64,000 nucleotides of DNA, taken from contig OZ024748.1 of assembly GCA_964016885.1 (NCBI GenBank), forward strand, positions 3,596,001 through 3,660,000, in the 5' to 3' direction. The stretch comes from Eledone cirrhosa (lineage: Eukaryota). Shown in pieces: positions 39,131-52,189 of this stretch (positions within the stretch are counted from its first letter, which is position 1; every line of letters starts with the position of its first letter). Under the pieces are notes generated by a model. The model saw only the letters and a list, made by a program, of their open reading frames with translations, ran no database searches and was not told the DNA's origin. Position numbers and translations under genes: made by a program.

Positions 39131-39540
39131 AGTATCGACAGCAGAAAGGTCCGACAACAGTAAAGGTGTATCTTCAAAAGAGCGTACAAGGGAAGATCCA
39201 GAAACGATCTCTGTCTTCTTTTTGTTGTTAGATATTGATGTTAAACAGAGTAAACGGGTTTCAGCCGGTATTTTCTTGTCATTCTGAAAATGGCTGACAG
39301 TGGAAAGCAAATTTGGAATACAAGACTGTTTCTTGAATTCAATAAGTACATAGTTCTTTACATTATGGAAATGCATAGCATTTGCTATTTTACCGAACTG
39401 TTGGCAATACTGATAAACATAATTGCTTTCTTCTTTGTTGTTGATTTTAACCAGAATACTTCTGTCTGCCTCGGCTTTCCGTTCTAAGCAAAGTTCGTTG
39501 AAACGATGTCGATAGGATTTGTAACTGGACAGCTTTCTTC
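39131..39540 (-). CDS. MTPAP: MTPAP exon 2 (RRM-like RL domain)
   Basis: CAG|GA acceptor (phase 1), ACT|GTAAGT donor. Encodes RKLSSYKSYRHRFNELCLERKAEADRSILVKI...YCQQFGKIANAMHF...YVLIEF, matching the MTPAP RL domain. Confidence 0.92.
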
Positions 39541-39711
39541 CTGCAAGAATAAATGGTAAGAAAAACTGTCAAATAATCTGAATGATTAAATAAATCTCTA
39601 AATAAAATGTTATAGTTTATCCTTTCTTTACCATATTTCTTGTCAAAGACTATTATATTATTTTTAAATCATTTTTAAAATAATCAAATTTTTATCAAAA
39701 TTAATAATAAT

Positions 39712-39899
39712 TATTTCTACTTTTGGCACAAAGCCAGCAATTATCCTACTGCATTACTGGTACTTTATTTCATCGACCCCGTAAGGATGAAAGGCAAAGT
39801 TAACCTCAGCGGGATTTGAACTCAGACCATAAAGGGCCGTAACTCTTTGCGTCAAAGCATGGCGTCCGACCCACAACCGATACTGCCAATCCACCGCCC
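39712..39899 (-). mobile_element. tRNA-derived SINE, near full length
   Basis: B box GAGTTCAAATCC on the minus strand at ~39812-39823; head GGGCGGTGGATTGGCAG. Confidence 0.8.
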
Positions 39900-40189
39900 T
39901 ATCAAAATTAATAATAATGAGATATACATGTGGTCATGCTGGTGACACGCTGACAAAGTACTCAGTCCACTGTAATGTAGTTGCTGTTAGCAACCAAACT
40001 AAAATACAGATCCATATGAGCAAGACACAGTAACCTGACATGTCTAACTCATGTGGAAAAATAAACATTAACCAATGCTGATGATGGATGATAATACCAC
40101 CTAGTTTGGGGTATAAGAGTCTGCTCCCTCGCTCCCTTTCTCCTTACTTTCATTATTTAATTTTTTTACCTTTTTCTTTTTTTATTACA

Positions 40190-40560
40190 AACATGACATG
40201 GGTTGGGGCTTGTAACCAGTTTATGCCACAACTGTGTAGGTCATCTTTTAGGGTGGATGTCCAGGTCTTCTTTTCCCAACAGAGCTGGTAACCATGACAT
40301 GCAGTTCTTGCTGGGATACTGTCCCCACTTCGTAGGACATGTCCTGTCAGCTGCTTTCTTCTGTCCATGATGACAAGACTCAGACATGTGGCAATGTCCC
40401 TTCGAAGCACATCCTTGTTTGTGAACTTTCCTTGCCATGTAATGCCCAGGATTTTTCAGAGGCATCTTTGTTATCGTTTATTTTATGTCAGCTTCAGTAA
40501 TGTCTTCTGCTGTCTGAACACTACCAAGATATGAGAAGCATTGAACTTCTTCAAAATGAC
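40190..40560 (-). mobile_element. RTE-clade LINE fragment
   Basis: Minus-strand peptide RRKQLTGHVLR...KTWTSTLKDDL. Confidence 0.65.
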
Positions 40561-41254
40561 ATGGCTTTCCCCTTGAATGACAGGTACAACTCATTTTTAT
40601 ATATATACAATGGGCTTCTTCATATTTTCCGTCTACTAAAATTTAACTAACAAGGTATTGGTCAACACTAGACTATAGTAGAATGAAACAGACTCTTTAA
40701 CCACATAGCCACAACAGCTGCAAGTAATGGCAGTAAACTTTCACTTTCAATGGAGGGGTTAGGAGCCAACACTGCCTCAAAGACAAAGTGAGGTTTGTGA
40801 CCTGGCTATAAATTCGAGGTTGTAGCTATTTCGTTTCGCTTACATTTATATTGACCTTGAGACCGGCATGGATGTTCCAACATAGCTTTATTATACTTTT
40901 TATATCTTGTCATATGTTTAGACTGACTGACGTTTCTTCATTTCGGTGGGGAGTGGGCGGAGATGACATCAGAGTTAAAATATTTACCTTGTCAAAACTA
41001 AGGGGTTTTCATGGGTAAAAAGCAAAAGTGCTTCCTGCGGTGAAAATGAAAATGTTATTTTAAATATTTATTACGATGGTAAATTCGATCAAAACACATT
41101 TTAAATATATAAATTTCACCTTCAAATTTTAACCAAACCTATCAACTAACTACACCTGTCTTGGAGATGGGTATAAGAGTAAAAACTTTAACCAAATGAT
41201 GGTAAACGGAGCCGATATAAGTTAAATCTTATTTTAAATTGGAAAAATAAGTGA

Positions 41255-41430
41255 AAGTAACTTGTAGGTGTCGCCGATCGTTCTCTCTACCAGGTACACA
41301 TTTAATCTTATTCTCCTAATCCCACATATGAAGCCCAATTATTTAAGATTAACCATGTACCTGGTAGAATCCAGCATTTAATAATTGAGCCACAGTTTCC
41401 GAGAACGATCGGCGACATCAAAGAGTTACA
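41255..41430. mobile_element. Fold-back/MITE with nested inverted repeats in MTPAP intron 1
   Basis: GTGTCGCCGATCGTTCTC / GAGAACGATCGGCGACAT and TCTACCAGGTACA..TTAATCTTA / TAAGATTAA..TGTACCTGGTAGA. Confidence 0.75.
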
Positions 41431-42426
41431 CTAACATTTTTTTTTTTTTTTTGAAACGTAAAACAAGATTCAACCCTAATATCTTTGAATAGTTGTTTAA
41501 ATGTTATTCCAATCATTTATTACAAATAAATCTGGGAGGTATCAATACCAAGTGTTACTCGATACTCTGATGAAGATTATCTCTACCTTGGTATGAGTCT
41601 AAGTAACCTTACCGGGTACCAAATGACCATACTTAAGATATATAAACGGATCTATGTTTAAATAGTTATTGAGAGCCACCTCTAACGGGACTTCAGTGGG
41701 GAGATTATCACTACAGCTAGGGCAAAGTCGAATGCGATGAAGAATATAATTTATAATTGTATTTCTTTTATATTACATTTTACCTAGGAAAATATATTTA
41801 TATCCACTTTTAACATACAACATACTTTTATTTACTTCAATGGTGGCCCCAGAAACGAAAAAGCGGCGAGTAATTAAATCTTTGAAGGACGTTGTTGTTA
41901 ATGTTTAGCAGACATATGACCAAAACCATTCCAACTGTGACCATCCTTTATTTCCTTCCAACGACCACATTATTCAAGATGTGTCCTTCTTTTCTAAAGC
42001 AGTAGGGTGTGATCTGAGAGAAATTTAGTCGCTATTTCTAGGGAAATAAACAGCGACTATAAACAATACGAGGTTGTCTACAAGTCACTTTAACATTACT
42101 GAAATATGTTATTATTGAACTGTAGATCTGCTCTGAGGGACAAACCGATGACTAAAAGCATTCCAGTCGTGACCATCCCTATTTTTGTTCTTATATATAT
42201 ATAATTACACAGTCGGTGCCCTTTCTGTTTTATGACGGCAAGGTGTATTTGACTGCTATTTCTAGCAAGACGAGTGACCCCATCCCAAAGAGGATCTTTG
42301 TCACGTTGTCCCGACAGGAATATATAGAGAGATGTATGTCTATGTGTGTGTTACCGAAATAACTCCTACCTTCTTTAATCCTTGGTACGGAATATGAATA
42401 ATTCTTAATAGGATGAACACACTTAC

Positions 42427-42454
42427 TCATGGCCAACAACATGGTAGTCGCCAT
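42427..42454 (-). CDS. MTPAP: MTPAP exon 1 (start; mitochondrial presequence)
   Basis: ATGGCG start, A|GTAAGT donor in phase 1. Joins exon 2 to give MATTMLLAMRRKLSSYKSYRHR, a basic N-terminus without acidic residues. Total CDS 1452 nt, 483 aa. Confidence 0.75.
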
Positions 42455-42809
42455 GTAGTAATTGTATTCACCTCGCTACCGTCTTTAATGTCAGCACCAC
42501 CAACAAACGGGTATCTAATCGAACTGAAACGGTTGTAGAAATATTTCGTCACGATCCTATAGTTCTTTGAACAGTCGAAGATTTTTGAAATCAGGAAAAA
42601 AAATTTTTTTTCATAAATATCACAGGAAAAGAGAAAACTCAAAATACGTATTTTTAAAAATAATAATAAAATATAGTTTCAGAACAGACTTATTGGTATA
42701 AAAAGACTGACGATTAAATTTCAGTCTTTCTGGTGCCATAAATGTGAAGAAATTCCCTGTTGCTTTCCGTTCAAGTTCTCGAGAAAATTTTACCTCGACA
42801 ATTAAACTG

Positions 42810-43090
42810 TGTTGTGCGTGACCTTCGTCAGTTTCGACGACGAGTGTTCCTGTTGTCCGATCAACAAAACAGCCTGTTCACGAAATTAACGTGCTAGTGG
42901 CTGAGCATTCCACAAACACGTGTAGCCTTAACGTAGTTCTAAAGGAAATCTTGCATAGTACAGTGTTGGACAAGGCTGCTTCATGGAATTACAGGTACAT
43001 CTCACTTTTTTTCCAAAGTTGAGTGGACTGGGGAAAAAGTTTTCTTGCTCAAGGACAAAATTCTCCCGGTATCGAACTCATGTGTGTTAG
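42810..43090 (-). mobile_element. SINE family with AAGTGGCTGAG..TCCACAGACAC body and CTTGCTCAAGGA core
   Basis: Homologous to 63410-63690 (there with a tandem internal duplication). Confidence 0.65.
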
Positions 43091-44279
43091 AGAGTTCTTC
43101 CAACCGTAGAAACTATTCCAAATATGGAATGTATGGATGTGATGAAGTTTCTCTGACCGTGACAACCCGTCCGACCCATACCAGCATGGCAGGTGGACGT
43201 AAATTGATGATGTTATAAATAAATATATATATGCCGTCTTACCTACAGACGTCATTGTAGTTGTTGGGAGAAAAGGCAGAAAGAGGAGACAGTATTGCTG
43301 TGGACCAAATATTGGAGTCCAGTGACTTTTGTTTAGCTATAAACTTAGTGTATGTGTCTGTGTAGCAGTAGCTTTATTCCAGATATAGGACCAGATCTCC
43401 ACTGTAGGTCTAGGATGTCTGTATGTGTCTGAGTGTGTAGTAGCAGCTATCTTCCAGATCTCCGTTGTGGGTCTAGGACTTCTGTATGTGTCTGTGTGTG
43501 TAGCAGCAGCTCTGTTCCAAATGTGGGACCAGATCTTCATTGTGGATCTAGGATGTCTGTGCAGCAGCTCTCTTCCAGATGTGGTGGCAGTCTTTGCTAT
43601 GTTGAGGGTGTGTGTTTGCTAGACAAGATCCAAAAACATGTCTTAACACTTGTAGTGACGGTGAGGTTTCTAGTTGCAAGGTGCACAGGTTGGGGGGGGG
43701 GGGTCTTCATATGAGTAGTAATTGTGTTTGTGATATTGAAAGAAACTTTGAAGAATATTTTCAGTACATATCTGCATGAGGTCAGTACATATTTGTATCT
43801 GGTCATTGACACAGATCCAGGTCGCAGACAGCGCAACGAAAATGTTGACACTAATAAATAAATAATATCTATAAAACAAAGTTAACATTTTTTGCGGGGT
43901 GGAATTTAAGTGGTTAAAATGACTCTTCCACGCAGTAATTGTTTTAATTTCAACACACAATCTCAGATCAAGTCATTTACCAGACAAGTACAACTCCGAT
44001 ATTTTTTAAAATGTTTCCTGAGTTTGGTTTTTAATTACTTTAATTTGTGTGCGATAAAGTTTCTATGATTCCATGAAGGATTACCGCGAGAGCAAGCGAA
44101 GAATTGCGTATTTTTACGACTTGCATAGTTGCAGTTTCGGTGGCGTGCAGTTACTTCCCTTTAGTCATTTCCACATTTCGGCTTCAGAAATCTTTTAAAG
44201 TATTATTATAGCTACATTCAATTCAAGCTATATTTTTTCTGAAAACTATCCAAAGATTAATCCTTTAATTAAGGTGTGA

Positions 44280-44420
44280 GAAAGGCGACGAATTTACAGG
44301 GTCGTTAGAACGTCGGATAGAATGCTTTGCAGTATTCGTTTCGGCTTCTATGCGCTTTAAGCTCAAATCCTGCCGACGTCGATTTTACCTTTCACCGAAA
44401 TGTACAAGTCTTGTACTGGC
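44280..44420 (+). mobile_element. tRNA-derived SINE, diverged
   Basis: AAGGCGACGAATT..GCTCAAATCCTGCCGACGTCGATTTTACCTTTCA. Confidence 0.6.
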
Positions 44421-45139
44421 GTCTATTCTTCCTCTATATCTCTTTTTCACGTCTTCACTCCTTTTCTAGAGAGGGACATCACTACATTTCCACCAGGAAC
44501 TACGGATCCATACATAAATTATCAGAATCCTCATCTCTAATTTTCAGTAATTATATCTCGTAATATATATAATAAAAGGCTTTAATCAATCCTATCCACT
44601 CCGTTATTTTGTCGAATCTCAACGTTGTGAGTACTTGGTTATTCCTGTGTTTAGCCTCGCTATCCCCCAGCCTCAATGACGTATCAGATGACGAGGGTGC
44701 TTGGTTAGTGTCTTGGCCTTGTTATCACCTCCAAGTATATGGGCTTGCCTCAAAAATTGAGGGGAAACTCCAGCGTCCCTTGTTTTTACATAATGTGATT
44801 GAATGTATGAATTTTCTCCCCCATTTTTTTAAAAATAAATTCTTCCTCCAAATTGAGTACACTATCGATGTATGTCTGTAGTTGTTTGAATTAATGGTCA
44901 ACCCAAGGCTATGAGTAGTTAGAAGTCACTTGCCTAAGCTGCTATGATATATATTATATAATATTCTTCATTAGCAATGAAGCTATAACTGATGATGATG
45001 AAAAACTAACTAAAATTTCAATAACTGGCTTATGTCTTAATGTTGTGTACCACACAGAATCTTATTAGCACCTGGTTAGAATGTCTCAGGTAAAAAATAA
45101 AAAAATAAAATAAAATAAAAATCGCTGGTCAGATTTTAC

Positions 45140-45330
45140 GGGCAAAACCAACAAGCAGGAGCCCCAGGGGTAGATCTCAAACAAGATTATTGGATAACAT
45201 CCATGATCTTGGCTGGTCACACTTGAGGATGCAGCTGGATCAGTTGGAGATGGTGGCTTCTGACAGGACCTGTTGGAGAGTTTTGAGGAGCCTGCTCCCA
45301 CGAACCTCTCAGGAATAAGTGGATGAAGAA
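45140..45330 (+). mobile_element. RTE/Expander-like LINE 3' end; a related fragment lies at ~52630-52715
   Basis: Translates to KPTSRSPRGRSQTRLLDNIHDLGWSHL...VASDRTCWRVLRSLLP. Confidence 0.7.
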
Positions 45331-45571
45331 GGACTTTCTTGAAAAGTACCAATCAGCACTATGTCTGCATCACATTAAAATTAAAGTCTTTTATCGAATA
45401 CTGAAAATGTTCTGAATGTTTAAGAATTAATAAATCAAGAACGACACCTTTACCCATGAAAATAAATTTAGTTATAATTTTACATCTATTTAATCAATAC
45501 TTTTCAAATAGATTCTCTCATACCGGTGACAGTTTCTGAGTTCAAATGAGTTACATGATCAATCTAAACCA

Positions 45572-45840
45572 TTAATCTTTATGATGCCAAACTGATTGAA
45601 ACAACATCTAATTCTATAATACAAAGATGTTTATATTTATTTCTTAAAAAACTAAAAACCTCCCATCATAATTTCATGTGAGAACCTTTGTTAAGTTGTT
45701 TCAAAACACCATCTCAATAAAGAGAAACTTAGATATTTTACTAAATACCTCAAAAATTCTTTTTATTATTTTTCAAAATTATTTGAAAACCAATGAGCAC
45801 TGAGTGTCTTTCATTAGAAATATGGTAACAAAAGGATTAA
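45572..45840 (+). mobile_element. piggyBac-type MITE, family P2; other pieces at ~26475-26760, 30048-30230, 52735-52850, 60170-60352 and 60930-61060
   Basis: TTAATCTTTATGATGCCAA ... TTCATTAGAAATATGGTAACAAAAGGATTAA. Confidence 0.65.
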
Positions 45841-46299
45841 ATAAAAAAAATTATAAAAACAAAAACATTATTTTAAAAGTAGCTGCAACAAAATATTTAA
45901 AATAAATATAAATATATCGGTATACGTATTGCTTGGATATAAAAAATAATATCAATTATGATCAATTTTATTTCATAAAAACAAAAAGTCATCTTAAAGT
46001 AAAAAAAGATATTAACATTTCTTCTTTTTTTTCTATTCTATATTTGATGAATACAATATGAATATTTACAAAAAAGTATATAAAGAAAAATGGTCAAATT
46101 TGTGACTGCCAAGACAATCATTCTTCAATGTGTCATTCTTCCCTGACACACCAAACCAATGGAATAAAGACAGAAGCAGTGTTGTTGTAATGTACTTAAA
46201 ACTTCCTTAAAAGAATTTGCATATCAATTAAAATTTGAATAATTTATTCAGTAACATGTTACCCATAGTTTAGTTTATGAAACTGAGATCAGTTCTAAT

Positions 46300-49200
46300 A
46301 ATTTGTTTCTAACATAGGCACAGGGCCATCAATTTTGGGGATGGAGGGCAAGGTTGATTAAATTGATCCCACCTCACTGGTACTTTGTTTAATTGAAGAA
46401 AGGCAAAGTTAACCTCGGTAGGATTTTAGCTCAGAATGTAAAAGGCTGGAAAAAAAAAAATAAATAAATAGCCCAAAGTATTTTGTTATCCGATACTCTA
46501 ACACTGTTGCCAGCTCTCCATCCTCTTACTTCTAATAATAATAACAACAACAATGGTTGCTAATTTAGTCTCTAGGAGGTGGGGGTAAGAAAAAGATTAA
46601 ATCTAACCTAGTACATGACAGGTACTCAGGTATTATATTCTATTGACACCTTCCACCCTCGGAAGGTTGAAAAGTAAAGTTGACCTCTGCAAGATTTGAA
46701 CTAACACCCTTAATAATTACTATAACTTACACAGCTAAACATGGGGTCAACAAAGTCCCTCACTGGTTTCACCCTTTAGCATTCACATTATTCTATATAT
46801 TTACTATTGTATTTTTCCAGTAAGGGATTTATTTCACATATGGAATCTATGAGATTTTAATCTAATTTATTTTGAGAACAATACCTTAATATTGGATGAG
46901 CAGCCAGTTACAGCCGGTTTGAACAGAAAGAGGTGAGAGAATTCTGGCCATATACATCCAGTTTAAATAGAATGAGATGGTTGAATCACGTGTTGAGGAA
47001 GGATGACTCAATGAAAATAATTCCATGTCAGCTTTATTATTATTATTATTATTATTATAATAATAAGGGCAATGGGTTGGCAGTATTGATAAAGCATCAG
47101 ACAAAATACTGTGTGGTAGTTAGTGATGATGTTCTACATTCTGAGTTCAAATCCTGCCGATGTCAACTTGACCTTTCATCTTTCCAAAGTTGATAAAGTA
47201 CCATTTTGAGTACTGGAGTCAATATAACTGATCTTTCCCCCCTTCCGCAGGCTTTGTATCAATGTTAGAAAGAATTATCGTTAGTAGTAGTAATGTTATT
47301 GAAAATAAATATCTAAAACATTATGAAATCCTGAAGAACGGCCACCATTTACCTACCTGCCTCCTATTTTTTAAATATTAGTAAAATGGGACCAAATTTT
47401 CTTCAAGTTCTATTTGTTCCTTTGTGCTGATAACAATTCTAAATATATAATTAGCCTTTCATTCATAATTCTTAATGATATTTGGGGATGGTTTACAGGC
47501 GAGAAAAAAAATAATCTGATATTTGAAATAATTGTTTCTACTTTAGGCACAATACCCAGTGCATTACTGATACTTTATTTTATCGACCCCGTAAGGATGA
47601 AAGGCGGGATTTGAAATAATGTTGACCCTTTTGATATCAAAATGCCTGAAACCTGCCCAAGGTTTCATGGCATTTAGCTATTTATATTGAAGTGTTTATA
47701 TTTAATTAGAAACCTTCCATCACGTTTTTGTGTAAAAACTTTTATTAAGTCACGCTCCAAACAGTAGTCTGTTAATGATTTCTAATTTAGGCACAAGGCC
47801 AGTAATTTTAGGGGCGGGGGCAAGTTGATAACATCAACCCCCAGTATTTGACTACTACTTTATTTTATTGACCACTGGAAAAATTAAAATCAAGATTGCC
47901 TTCAGTGGAATTTGAACTCAGAATGTAATGAGGCAGAACAAACATCACAAGGGTTTTTTGTCCGATGCTCCAATGATTCAGTTAATTCACCGCCCTACAT
48001 CTGTTTAATGATGGTTTCTAATTTAAGTACAAGGCCAACAATTTTCAGGGAGGGGGAAGTCGATTAAACCAACCCTAATGTGTTACTGGTACTTTATTTT
48101 ATCAACCCTATAAGGATGAAAGGTAAAGGGCCATAACTATATGCTTCATGGTGTCTGACGCTCTACCAATACTGCCAATCCACCACCTTTACATCTGTTT
48201 AATAATGAAGAAAATTAGTTATTACTGAATCCTCCAAATTTTTTATCATTTAAAAAAAAATTATTTGAAAATAATAGGCAGTGTCTTTCATTAGAAATAT
48301 GGCAAAGAAAAGGTTTTAAAAATTTATGATAAACAAAAATATGTGATTCTAAGGCATTAAAAGTATTTGTGTCAGAAGTTTTATGGCTAGCTAAACATTG
48401 TCTAACATCAGCCAAAAGAAAATATTTGAAGTGAAGCTGCTCAGTATTAGATAAGAATAAGTTTCTCTGATGAGTTTTTCTTCAACAAACCATAATATGC
48501 CACATGTTTATATATATATCTGTCTGTAACTCTTTAAAATTTACACACACAAACATGCACACAGCAATGCATTTCCTACATCAGTCATGTTGCTTCAATA
48601 AGAAGTTTGCAGTTTCTAACCCTAAATTTGTCCCAGTAAATAATTATTTCTCCTAATTTCCTCATACACTTAATCTTGTATGTCTGTTGTATGTGCTGAA
48701 CATTTATCTAACTATATCTTAGGAATAAATTATCAAAACATCATTCTTATCTTTAATCACATCCACATGACAGTAAGCAACATAAACTATAGGGTTTCTC
48801 TTATACAAACCATGAATTTATCAAACTACATATTCCCTAGTTTGTATGATTGTTCATATATCCAGTAATCCTGGTATATATGACATACCAATACTGTACT
48901 TCAAAAATTAAATATGTTCAATGCTATTGCTGTCATTATTGATGACATTGGTCCACTAGTATCAATAAATAGGTCTACTAAAGATCAATTCACCAATAAT
49001 TCAATATTTACAACAACAAAAAAAATAAAATAAAATAAAGTCGCTTCTTTTTCTCCTTTTTTCAAACACTGATAATATAACTCTTTCTACACAAGGCCAG
49101 CAATTTGAAGGGGAGGGGAAAGTCGAATTAATCGACCCCAGTGTATTACTGGTACTTATTTTATCGACCCCTTAAGGATGAAAGGCAAAGCTAACCTCAG

Positions 49201-49510
49201 CAGGATTTGAACTCAGAACATAAAAGGCCATCACTCTATGCTGCTAAGCATGTTGTCCGACACTCTACCGATTCATCGCCCTCGATAACATTAATTCTTT
49301 CTAACATTGGTACAAGGCCAGCAATTTAGAGGAAGGTGGGTAAATTGGTTATATCGAACCTCAGTATTTAACTGGTACTTTGTTTTATTGAGCCTGGATG
49401 TGTGAAAGTTGATCTTGACAGGATTTGAACTCAAATCATAGAGAGCTAGAACAAATACTGCACAGCATTGTGTCTGATGCTCTACCAATTTTGCCAATCT
49501 ACTGCTTTTG
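46300..49510. mobile_element. Cluster of about 8 tRNA-derived SINE copies. Minus: ~46300-46530, 46560-46705, 47530-47615, 47785-47997, 48010-48190, 49083-49285, 49295-49510. Plus: ~47067-47280.
   Basis: Shared CTGGTACTTTATTTTATCGACCCC..AAGGATGAAAGGCAAAG..GGATTTGAACTC core. Confidence 0.75.
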
Positions 49511-49688
49511 GTAATATAATAATAGTAATGTGTCAATCAACATTTCTCATTTTTGTTCATCATAATAATGTAATTATACTTACATAACCCCACCCCTCCA
49601 CTTTTGTATTTGACAAATGAAGCTTACCCCAGTTTTATAAGGCATTAAGCGACTGACAGCAAATTACTGTATTTCGCTCTGCACACAA

Positions 49689-50105
49689 CACCAGTTCCTC
49701 ACAGGGCTAACTCCTACATGAGAGCACAAGACTGTATCCCACCCTGAACAGGACACCAGTCCCTTGCAGGGCTAACTCCTACATGAGAGCACAAGACTGT
49801 ATCCCACCTTGAACAGGACACCAGTTCCTCACAGGGCTAACTCCTACATGGGAGCACAAGACTGTATCCCACCCTGAACAGGACACCAGTTCCTCACAGG
49901 GCTAACTCCTACATGAGAGCACAAGACTGTATCCCACCCTGAACAGGACACCAGTCCCTTGCAGGGCTAACTCCTACATGAGAGCACAAGACTGTATCCC
50001 ACCTTGAACGGGACACCAGTTCCTCACAGGGCTAACTCCTACATGAGAGCACAAGACTGCATCCCACCCTGAACAGGACACCAGTCCCTTGCAGGGCTAA
50101 CTCCC
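49689..50105. repeat. 65-bp tandem repeat, ~6.3 copies, two unit variants
   Basis: CACCAGT(TCCTCA/CCCTTG)CAGGGCTAACTCCTACATGAGAGCACAAGACTGTATCCCACC(C/T)TGAACAGGA. Confidence 0.93.
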
Positions 50106-50194
50106 AGCTGCCAATGGTTCTCATTTTTCAGCTATTTACAATTAAAAAAAAAACCCAACTAATTTTGTCAATTCAATGTACAATTATTACAGTC

Positions 50195-50412
50195 TTTTAA
50201 CACAAGAGACCTGAACTATATAATGTAATGGTGTATATGTGTATGTATGTATTAGTCTTTTAACACAATAGACCTATATATATATATATATATAATGTAA
50301 TGGTGTATATGTGTATGTATGTATTAGTCTTTTAACACAATAGACCTATATATATATATATATAATGTAATGGTGTATATGTGTGTGTATGTATTAGTCT
50401 TTTAACACAATA

Positions 50413-50474
<62 letters not shown>

Positions 50475-50520
50475 GTAATGGTGTATATGTGTGTGTATGT
50501 ATTAGTCTTTTAACACAATA

Positions 50521-50568
<48 letters not shown>

Positions 50569-50886
50569 GTAATGGTGTATATGTGTGTGTATGTATTAGT
50601 CTTTTAACACAATAGACCTATATATATAATGTAATGGTATATATGTGTGTGTATATGTATAAGAGACCTATATATATATATATAATGCAATGGTATATAT
50701 GTGTGTGTATATGTATAAGAGACCTATATATATATAATGTAATGGTATATATGTGTGTGTATATGTATAAGAGACCTATATATATATATATAATGCAATG
50801 GTATATATGTGTGTGTATATGTATAAGAGACCTATATATATATATATAATGCAATGGTATATATGTGTGTGTATATGTATAAGAAA

Positions 50887-50926
<40 letters not shown>

Positions 50927-51065
50927 GCAATGGTATATATGTGTGTGTATATGTATAAGAGACCTATATATATATATATATATATATATAATGCAATGGT
51001 ATATATGTGTGTGTATATGTATAAGAGACCTATATATATAATATGCAATGGTATATGTGTGTATA
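50195..51065. repeat. Compound tandem repeat with variable (TA)n, two successive subfamilies
   Basis: AATG(T/C)AATGGT..TATGTGTGTGT..AGACC(TA)n. Confidence 0.92.
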
Positions 51066-52102
51066 TGTATTACAATGTTGCTGTTTACTTTTGTAACTCC
51101 AGTACTTGACTGTTACTTATATTTTAGCGACCCCAGGAAGGATGAAAGGCAAAGGTGACCATGGCATGATTTCATGACAATACAAGGAAATCTAAACCTT
51201 TTCAACATTGAACAAAATAGGGGGAAGGGGGAGTAAAGCCTAAATTAATATTTGATTCTTTTCTTTTATTTGTTTTTGTTATTGTTGCTTTCTCTTTTTT
51301 TTTTAAATATTGTTTCATATTATATAATTATTCCATTTTCCAACCAACATTATGAATGAAAGGCTTAAGGTTATTATTTTTTTTTTTAATGTCTTGGTTT
51401 GGTTTGACTTTTTTTCCAAGATGTCCTAATTGTATTTAAACATGCAGTGAATATCCAGTTTAAAAACGGGTACACCATATCCCTGCTTGTCTTTGAAGTG
51501 ATTGAAACGTGGTTGGTGCCAAGAAGAGCATCCAACCATAAAACATTACTTCAAAAGGGTCCCCTTTTTGATAAACATGAAGTCTCTGTCACATGAGTCC
51601 CATCCCATCCCACACAGCTAAACCCCTGTTATTTTTAACAGCAGTGTAAAATAGCCTTAAAACGATTGTTGAAGGTATTGTCATTGTTAATTGTATAACA
51701 TCTAAAACAGATTTACAAAAACATAACAGTGAGCTGCATATCTTGGGAGTTTTTTTTTAAAAGAAAAACAGAAAAAAAAAAAAGAAAAATATAAATAAAT
51801 AAATACATGAATAAATAAAAATATTTTTCAATGAAGTGAGCAAAACGTCTGAAATGCTCAGTTTTTTCCATGTTCTCAAATGTCTTACATAGGTAGGTAG
51901 GCACAATACCTTGAATTTTATTTATATAAAAGAGAGACAAAAATGAGGGGAAATTACATTGGTGCCTGTGTGAAGGGCTTAGTGATGGAAAGAGAGGCCA
52001 AATAACTACTACCAGGAGTTCTGGGTGGGGGAGGAGCTCTCCTGTTGAGTTTGTCAACATTTCAGAAATATTGCCGGAAAATGTCAATATATATATATAG
52101 TT

Positions 52103-52159
52103 TTAACAGGAGGCAACTGCAGCTGCTGGTTCTAAAACTGGTGACTGGCGAGTAAAAGT
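52103..52159 (-). CDS. C2H2 zinc-finger gene, terminal coding exon
   Basis: TTTTCCATTCATTTCAG| acceptor, phase 0, matching the donor at 53420. Encodes TFTRQSPVLEPAAAVASC*. Confidence 0.7.
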   Translation of the reverse strand, partial: TFTRQSPVLEPAAAVASC

Positions 52160-52189
52160 CTGAAATGAATGGAAAAAAAAAATATGTAA

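Noticed and set aside
33956-42454. Alternative identity as TUT1/Star-PAP, GLD2 or TUT4/7
   Set aside because: The basic presequence, RL domain, PGPWLSNF and LYIENPLDIQLNIAKNVS motifs, together with the absence of zinc fingers/knuckles and a proline-rich insert, fit MTPAP.
47067-47280. tRNA gene suggested by the B box GAGTTCAAATCC
   Set aside because: No cloverleaf; it is the head of a multi-copy SINE.
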